Source: Candidatus Methanoperedens sp. (lineage in GTDB: Archaea > Halobacteriota > Methanosarcinia > Methanosarcinales > Methanoperedenaceae). Taken from it: a DNA stretch of 64,000 nucleotides. A program made the translations under genes and the position numbers. Positions 57,703 through 64,000 of the stretch are shown here, one piece after another. Under the pieces are notes generated by a model. That model ran no database searches, was not told where the DNA came from, and saw only the letters and a program-made list of their open reading frames with translations. The stretch's first letter is position 1, and every line of letters begins with the position of its first letter. Location: contig JAHFDG010000015.1 of assembly GCA_023249105.1 (NCBI GenBank), forward strand, positions 1 through 64,000. Direction: 5' to 3'.

Positions 57703-58110
57703 CTACCTCCTGCAACTTCCACGCTTTTTGAGATATATTTGAATGCTTTTATAGCAGTCCTCACATAACGCCCATGGGGTTTCGCTCTTATCAACGATGG
57801 ATTTCCACGATTCAAGTACTATTTCCATGAGGTCATCAGGATTTTTCTCACCCATCCCTTTGAGCATATTTTCAGTGGCTTTTAGCATTTGCTCAGGCTT
57901 GAATCCATTCCTTACCGCAATTGTAATTGTTTCAGGCGACTCTATGTGTTTCACGTCCTTCATTTTTCCGAGCTGTTTTGAACATATGTCGCATATCACC
58001 TGGGCACTGTCGTCCATGCCAGACGTCTGCATGAATGTTTCAACTATGTTCAACCCATCTTTTTCTATTTCAACAACAAGTGTTTCGGAAGGAACTTCGA
58101 TTCGGGTCAT
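57703..58110 (-). CDS. Hypothetical protein (Cys-containing)
   Basis: 135-aa ORF, CDIC...CEDC pairs. Confidence 0.4.
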   Translation of the reverse strand: MTRIEVPSETLVVEIEKDGLNIVETFMQTSGMDDSAQVICDICSKQLGKMKDVKHIESPETITIAVRNGFKPEQMLKATENMLKGMGEKNPDDLMEIVLESWKSIVDKSETPWALCEDCYKSIQIYLKKRGSCRR

Positions 58111-58513
58111 TATTTTATACTCTTATCTCTTTTCAGTTTAATCAAAAAAGAACCTTTGTATCCTCGAACAATTTAACCTTCTCATTTGTCTTCAATTACT
58201 AATTTTGAAGATTTGTGACGAGGAATAGAACCATAGAATAATTCTCAATGATATAAAAATGCATTGACACATTGCATCGCAAGACTATTACTTTCAACCC
58301 GCTTGGCTTTCCCATAAGTACTCACAGAGTCATTTTTGATCGAGGTGAACAATATGGATTTATTCTGGAGCGGTCTTGCGCAGCGCGCTTCTGAGCATAC
58401 AAGAATTGAACGGAGAAGCCAGTTCAGCAAGGTACATGAAACAGCTATCCAAGATATTGAAATGGAGAAAACTATAAACTAACTCAAGCGTATTTAAATA
58501 TGGGTGCGTTATT

Positions 58514-59089
58514 TTGAAAGACATAATTGAAATGATAAGAACACGGCGAAGTGTAAAAGAATATACTGATGAACCAGTATCTGATGACGATATAAAATTC
58601 CTGATAGATTGCGCAAGATATGCGCCATTTGGTTCCATGCAGCAGCCTTGGAGCTTCTTAGTAATAACAAACAAAGAAATTATGCATATGCTCTCTGAAA
58701 GCGGCAAGAAGGCGATGATTTCTTTTCTTGAACCTTATAAAAATACTACCAAACAAACTTCTGAATACCTTGATTTTTTCAAAACAAAAGGCAGGGATAT
58801 ATTCTACAATGCTCCTGTGCTTATAATTATTTTCGGAAATAAAAACCTCCCAACTACTGTTTTAGATTGTTCGATGGCAGCACAGAATATGATGCTTGTG
58901 GCGCATTCGCGGGGCATGGGGAGCTGCTGGATTGGTAATGCAATTCCCGCTCTCATGGACGAAAAGATATTGAAAGAACTCGGCGCACCTGCTGGCTATA
59001 AGGCGGTTGCTCCATTGATATTTAGATACCCGAAAAGTAAAACCATTATGCCTGAAAGAATGGAACCTGAAGTGAAATGGATAAAATAG
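58514..59089 (+). CDS. Nitroreductase-family protein
   Basis: IRTRRSVKEYTDEPVSDDDIKFLIDCARYAPFGSMQQPWSFLVI is the nitroreductase N-terminal signature. Confidence 0.7.
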   Translation: MKDIIEMIRTRRSVKEYTDEPVSDDDIKFLIDCARYAPFGSMQQPWSFLVITNKEIMHMLSESGKKAMISFLEPYKNTTKQTSEYLDFFKTKGRDIFYNAPVLIIIFGNKNLPTTVLDCSMAAQNMMLVAHSRGMGSCWIGNAIPALMDEKILKELGAPAGYKAVAPLIFRYPKSKTIMPERMEPEVKWIK

Positions 59090-59167
59090 TATCAGTGCAG
59101 TAAGGTACATGAAAAATGCAATTACAAACTTATATGCAGAAACAATACGTGAGGAGTTGATATAATA

Positions 59168-60571
59168 ATGTCGATCCTTAACCTCATATCCCTGCCAGAA
59201 AGCAAGACCCTGGAATTCAAAGAAATAATGCCGGACCCTCTTGCAATAGCGAAAACAGCTTGTGCGTTCGCAAATGGAGGTGGGGGAACGATCCTTATTG
59301 GAGTGGCTGATAAGAAGAAAACCATTACTGGAATAAATGAACCGGAAATACACATATTGGAAGAAAAGATAGCCAATGTAGTATATACGATGGTTGAACC
59401 GACAGCAGCATTTCACATATCGATCCATAATCTTGAAGGAAAACTGGTATTGAAGATGGATATTTTTCCTGGAAGTCTCAAACCATATCATCTTAAGAAC
59501 AAAGGGGTGATCGAGGGCACTTACATCAGAGTAGGTTCAACAAACAGGAAGGCAGACATCGAAACCTTAGAAGAACTAAGCCGACAAAGAATGAATATAA
59601 GCTTTGATGAAACACCTGTCATTGATGCTTCGATAGAAGAGATCGATCCGAAAAATATAGAGATTTATCTCAATAAAAGAAAAGAGGTCAGGGACATACC
59701 AAAGGTTGAACCTGATGCTGAATTTCTCAAAAGGATCAAAGCCATAAAACAGCAAAATGGCAGTGTTCATCCCACTGTTGCTGGAATACTCTTATTTTCA
59801 AGTGAACCTGAAAAATACATTCAAGGGGCTGTCATAAAATGTGCCAGATTCAAAGGCATCGAAATGGATGAGTTCATTGACCAGAAAATAATCACAGGCT
59901 CGCTTTTTTCGCAGATAGAGGAAACGATTGCATTCTTTAAAAAGAACGTAAAAAGAGGGGCGAAGATCGAGGGTATTTATAGAAAAGAAGAATATGAATA
60001 TCCAGAAAAAGCCATACGAGAGGCAGTAGTAAATGCTGTGTGTCACAGGGACTACAGCCGTAAAGGCGCGGATATAAAGTTTGCAATTTTTGATGACAGG
60101 ATTGAAATTACAAGTCCTGGAGGGCTTCTTCCCCAGATATCTATTTCGGATATAGGTACTGGAGTATCAGAACTCAGGAATAAAATAATAGGTAGGATAT
60201 TTAATGAAGCGGGTTTGATCGAGGGCTGGGGAACAGGTATCCGGCGGATAAGAACAGAAATTGAAGAAATGGGGCTTATAGCGCCTGAATTTAAGGACAT
60301 TAACAGTTTCTTTAAAACGATTATTTATAATGAACCTCTGCAAAAGAGGTTAAAATTTGATCTGGATGAAAAAGAGATTATGGCATATATCCAAAAACAA
60401 GGAAGAGCAAGCACAAAGGAATTGGAAAAAGAATTGGGGAAAAGTAAAGCTACGATAAAAAGAAAAATCAGAAACCTTGCCGATAAGGGATATCTCATAT
60501 GGGTTGGAACAAGTCAAAAAGATCCGTCTGGATATTATGAACTTACTGGCTCAAAGAAAGTCCCATCGTGA
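59168..60571 (+). CDS. AlbA_2 (divergent AAA/Schlafen-like) + HATPase_c_4 putative transcriptional regulator
   Basis: N-terminal ESKTLEFKE...AFANGGGGTILIGV. The C-terminus has VVNAVCHRDYS...ITSPGGL and a wHTH tail. Confidence 0.6.
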   Translation: MSILNLISLPESKTLEFKEIMPDPLAIAKTACAFANGGGGTILIGVADKKKTITGINEPEIHILEEKIANVVYTMVEPTAAFHISIHNLEGKLVLKMDIFPGSLKPYHLKNKGVIEGTYIRVGSTNRKADIETLEELSRQRMNISFDETPVIDASIEEIDPKNIEIYLNKRKEVRDIPKVEPDAEFLKRIKAIKQQNGSVHPTVAGILLFSSEPEKYIQGAVIKCARFKGIEMDEFIDQKIITGSLFSQIEETIAFFKKNVKRGAKIEGIYRKEEYEYPEKAIREAVVNAVCHRDYSRKGADIKFAIFDDRIEITSPGGLLPQISISDIGTGVSELRNKIIGRIFNEAGLIEGWGTGIRRIRTEIEEMGLIAPEFKDINSFFKTIIYNEPLQKRLKFDLDEKEIMAYIQKQGRASTKELEKELGKSKATIKRKIRNLADKGYLIWVGTSQKDPSGYYELTGSKKVPS

Positions 60572-60630
60572 GCTAGTAATGAGCTAGTATGAGCCAGTAA
60601 TATAATTCATGAGCCAGTATGAATCCGAGA
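60572..60630 (+). repeat. Short tandem repeat, ~4 copies of GAGC(T/C)AGTA(A)T
   Basis: gagctagtaatgagctagtatgagccagtaat...gagccagtatg immediately after the 60571 stop. Confidence 0.4.
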
Positions 60631-61051
60631 AATTGAGGCCGACGTAACAGTCTTGAAGTTAAAATAGAACATGAAAAAACAGGATGCAAGTCTCGTTCTT
60701 AACATGATTTGTGACTCACTGTCCCAAATCATACCTCTTCCGGTCCTTTAACTCCTGCTTCTTTGCATTGTTCCACCCATCTACATCTCCTATATAGCAT
60801 GTAACTCTTGAAAGCTGTGATACATTATGGTTTCCACTGTCTGGACACATTGGCTTATTGCAAACAGGGCATGATTTAATAGTAGCCACTGCTTTTTTGG
60901 TATTGCCCTCCTAATCTACTGATGTTTTAAAAAACATTAACGGATTACACCTTTCAATAAATCATCAAATAAACATAAATCGATAACAAGACAAAGAGAT
61001 TTAAAACATCAGTAATTAAAAGGGTCAATACCGCTTTTTTGCATGGTTTAT

Positions 61052-61627
61052 TTATCCTTTTATTTTTTTTAGCAGCCAAGCCATATTGTCTCCGAGATTC
61101 TTCATATTCCGAATTCCTTCATCATCTTTATTCACATCCCCTATTTCCCTTCCCAATCCCATGTTCCAGTAACTTGAGCCGGGGACGATCATCTGATTGA
61201 TATGGAAGAAATGATTGATAGAGTCAAAAGCGTGTATTGCGCCTCCTCTTCGCACTGCGATTACAGCGGCGCCTACCTTTCGTTTGAACATGGAACCATT
61301 CGCCATTGCCGTGAAACCTGCCCGTTCTATCAGAGCCTTCATTTCCGAGGTTATATCGGCGAAATATGTTGGTGAACCGAGGATAATTCCATCGGCTTCC
61401 ACCATCTTTTCAATGCAATCATTCACGATATCATTCTTGACCGCACATTTCCTGTCTTTAGTTTCAAAACATTTATAGCAGGCTGTGCATCCCTGGATTT
61501 TCCTGCCCGCAAGCTCCACCAATTCTGTTTCTATCCCAGCTTTCTCCAATTCACTGAACACATGGTTTATGAGAATTGCAGTGTTGCCCTGTTTTCTGGC
61601 GCTTCCGTTAAATGCTATTACTTTCAT
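61052..61627 (-). CDS. Iron-sulfur flavoprotein (Isf)-like / NADPH-dependent FMN reductase family
   Basis: Flavodoxin-like N-terminus MKVIAFNGSARKQGNT. Compact Cys motif CTACYKCFETKDRKC (CX2CX2CX7C), as in methanoarchaeal Isf. Confidence 0.6.
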   Translation of the reverse strand: MKVIAFNGSARKQGNTAILINHVFSELEKAGIETELVELAGRKIQGCTACYKCFETKDRKCAVKNDIVNDCIEKMVEADGIILGSPTYFADITSEMKALIERAGFTAMANGSMFKRKVGAAVIAVRRGGAIHAFDSINHFFHINQMIVPGSSYWNMGLGREIGDVNKDDEGIRNMKNLGDNMAWLLKKIKG

Positions 61628-61635
61628 GGTGCCTC

Positions 61636-62187
61636 CTAAAAATCAAGTGGTTTAACCAGATATTCCCTCAGTTTAATATCAAAAAACTTATTTGAAGAAT
61701 TAGCTTTAATAACGGCAGCAGTATCCGCTCCCCTGCCTGTTCCAGCTACTGCAATAACATCTGAGAATGGGATCAGTCCAGCGTCAGCACTCATAGCCAC
61801 AATCTCAACAACCACTTTTGTTCCCTGACCAAAAATTCTCAGGGTATCAGCCACGGTCTGCTCGTAAGATTGAGAGCCTTTCTCTTTAAGTGCAGTCCCT
61901 ATACCTCTCAAAACCATAGTTCCTGTATGAACCTTTCCACCCATACTCTCGATTTTCTTTTTTATTTCTGGATCAAACGTTTGAAGATTTGGCTCTCTGA
62001 TACCTGTATTATGGGTAACAACTATCAGTTTTATTACTGTGCCTTTCAGCATCTGGGCAGCAGCAAGTCCTGTATCTCCAAAGGTTGATGCAACAACGAT
62101 ATGACTGATTCCACGCTTTAATGCCTCTTCTTTGGCAATTTGTAGAGTTCTTTGAGTGTTCTCTTTACCTGCCTTTTCAAAATACAT
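61636..62187 (-). CDS. Pyruvate-kinase C-terminal-like (PK_C) domain protein
   Basis: Alpha/beta fold with GTMVLRGIG...AGTGRGADTA. A common stand-alone PK_C-like protein in methanogens. Confidence 0.5.
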   Translation of the reverse strand: MYFEKAGKENTQRTLQIAKEEALKRGISHIVVASTFGDTGLAAAQMLKGTVIKLIVVTHNTGIREPNLQTFDPEIKKKIESMGGKVHTGTMVLRGIGTALKEKGSQSYEQTVADTLRIFGQGTKVVVEIVAMSADAGLIPFSDVIAVAGTGRGADTAAVIKANSSNKFFDIKLREYLVKPLDF

Positions 62188-62687
62188 TTTTGTTCACCTT
62201 TTCTTATGGCACGTATCAGATCATCAGTGTAGGGTTGCTCTTCATATCAAATCTTTCTTTTTTTCTTCTAATTCTTATTTATTTATCTCTCCTTTTGCAT
62301 ACCTTTTCTTCAGGATTTCAATAGCTGATTTTTGGGCTCACTGGAATTGGGTTACTTCTTTAATCCGCAGGCTGGAAGTTCTCACAAGCTGCGCTATCTG
62401 CTCTTACTGTTCCGTAGAATCGGCACTGGTCATAGGCTGGGTTGAACCATAAGCAATCCCTGCACATAGCATCGTATTCTGCATTCAACGCTAACACCCT
62501 AATTCTGATAAGATCTGGCAGTTTTTGATGGAGGCTTGATTGGTTACTGAATGAGCCCTAATACTGCCAGGTCATAAGAGAGTTTTTTATTCGTAAAGAA
62601 TATATACTTATCTGCTCAGTCATTATAATTCGTTATAATTCCACTGGAAATAACGGGGTCATCAGCAGTTTAAACAGCGGATAGCCC

Positions 62688-63728
62688 TTATGTCTTCCAT
62701 TCCGGGATTTTTATCTTATCCCATTCGATATGACGAAAGAACTTCCTCTTGTACTCTCGGGAAGGTATGTATCTGAAATTATGCTCTTCGTAGCCATTCA
62801 CTGTAAAATATGTCTCTCCTGCAAGATAGTCCAGGACATTTTTGAACTCATGCGCCCTGAAAGGAATATTTTCTTTAATAAGCGCTTTAGCCATTTTAAT
62901 AAATTCTGTAGCATATGCATAATTCGTTACCACGAGATGGTAATAGGGCTGGTATGAGGATGGAGGATAGAGGTGTATCCCGTGCCTGTGCCAGCTGAAC
63001 ACTATTTCAAACGGGTGCTCGCCTGCATCTTTGCCGCTATCCATCCAATCCTGAAATTCTTTCCTGTCGCTCCAGTCCTTGATGGAAAGCATTCCTCCGT
63101 CCCTCCCGTCAGCCCATTTTTTATACATTTCAAGAGGCGAAAGGCTCTTTGCCTTTTTCCCGTATGCTGCGATGTAACAGATGCCTGCTGTTCTCAAATA
63201 TTCGTTAAGGGAAATCTCTTTTATCTCTGGATTTCTTTCGACATGTCGTGCATAATCCTTCAGTATTTTTTCCTTGCTATTTTTCGAAAGTACCTTTTCC
63301 AAAACATACAATCCTTTGATCTTGCCAGTGCGAATATCATAGGGTATGAGTTTTTCTAGAATCTTTTCATCGGCTTTGATCACCGGCATGAATCTAAGCG
63401 CCTCTGAAAAGATGTTTTTATAGAATTCTTCGCTTTCTTTTTCGCCTCTTTTGATGTGCAGGTTTCCAAGAAGATGAAAATGCACGAAAAATTCTTTATT
63501 ATATTCATGAATGCCAAACGGCAGAGCTATTACTCTTCCTTCTCTCTTTACCAGCAGGTAAAACCCTTCCCATATCGTATCCAACTTGTCCTGATAGCTC
63601 GGGAGCGCTTCATCTGATAGCGTTCTTGCAAGAGTATATATCTCGGTATTTTCTATCTCTTTCTCGCCGAAACCATGTAGGTAATACTCCATTTCGGCAT
63701 AAATTATCTGAGGTTTAATCTTGTCCAT
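62688..63728 (-). CDS. Hypothetical protein
   Basis: 346-aa ORF with no recognisable motif. Confidence 0.4.
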   Translation of the reverse strand: MDKIKPQIIYAEMEYYLHGFGEKEIENTEIYTLARTLSDEALPSYQDKLDTIWEGFYLLVKREGRVIALPFGIHEYNKEFFVHFHLLGNLHIKRGEKESEEFYKNIFSEALRFMPVIKADEKILEKLIPYDIRTGKIKGLYVLEKVLSKNSKEKILKDYARHVERNPEIKEISLNEYLRTAGICYIAAYGKKAKSLSPLEMYKKWADGRDGGMLSIKDWSDRKEFQDWMDSGKDAGEHPFEIVFSWHRHGIHLYPPSSYQPYYHLVVTNYAYATEFIKMAKALIKENIPFRAHEFKNVLDYLAGETYFTVNGYEEHNFRYIPSREYKRKFFRHIEWDKIKIPEWKT

Positions 63729-64000
63729 TTTCTCCGGCTCTATTCAATTTCTTCCACGATTTCGTATTGCTTATCGATCATTATTCTTTCTTCTCAAAAA
63801 CCGATTCGTTTCCAGGCATTTTCTAACTCAAAGAGTTATGTGCGCTTGTGCCGACTTTGACCCTGCTTACAACAGCAAAAACACGCTCGTTGGCACAATA
63901 AGCATCTTTTCATTCTCAAAGAACTCAAAATCCTCCTTGGAGAGCAAAATCTTGTTCTTCAGCTCAACAGCAGAAAAGTCGCTCTTCTTAACGCGCTTCT

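Overview
AT-rich archaeal chromosomal segment, most consistent with a Methanosarcinales-type euryarchaeon. The evidence is tandem DUF1608-type S-layer domains, many PQQ-like beta-propeller surface proteins, an iron-sulfur-flavoprotein Cys motif, Vps4/ESCRT-III homologues and an IS3-family insertion sequence. Almost the whole window is coding, with about 45 supportable CDS. There are no rRNA, tRNA or CRISPR features. The content is dominated by membrane-remodelling and cell-envelope genes. (i) Two separate ESCRT-III(Snf7-like)+Vps4(MIT-AAA) modules lie at 0.2-2.7 kb and 48.5-50.7 kb. The first Vps4 carries an unusual C-terminal diadenylate-cyclase (DAC)-like domain. (ii) A 13-kb minus-strand gene cluster (16.3-29.6 kb) encodes two divergent tubulin/FtsZ-superfamily GTPases interleaved with membrane/coiled-coil proteins. 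Three consecutive envelope-spanning proteins, one a DUF1608 S-layer-type protein, share a novel cytoplasmic module with a CDMCIPEYYKGIC-type motif. This is the best candidate for an undescribed system. (iii) A tandem array of six paralogous surface proteins (34.3-45.7 kb) has PQQ-like propellers, a TM helix and a highly conserved cytoplasmic zinc-ribbon tail. (iv) A zinc-ribbon/SPFH(flotillin-like) protein and a family of proteins share a short repeated DSVVQ motif. (v) An IS3 element sits exactly between two convergent genes. A GC-rich islet is flanked by identical 12-bp GC palindromes, and the 3' end of an FGE-sulfatase-domain gene is compositionally foreign. All functional calls come from motif-level reading of the translated ORFs. 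No database searches were run.
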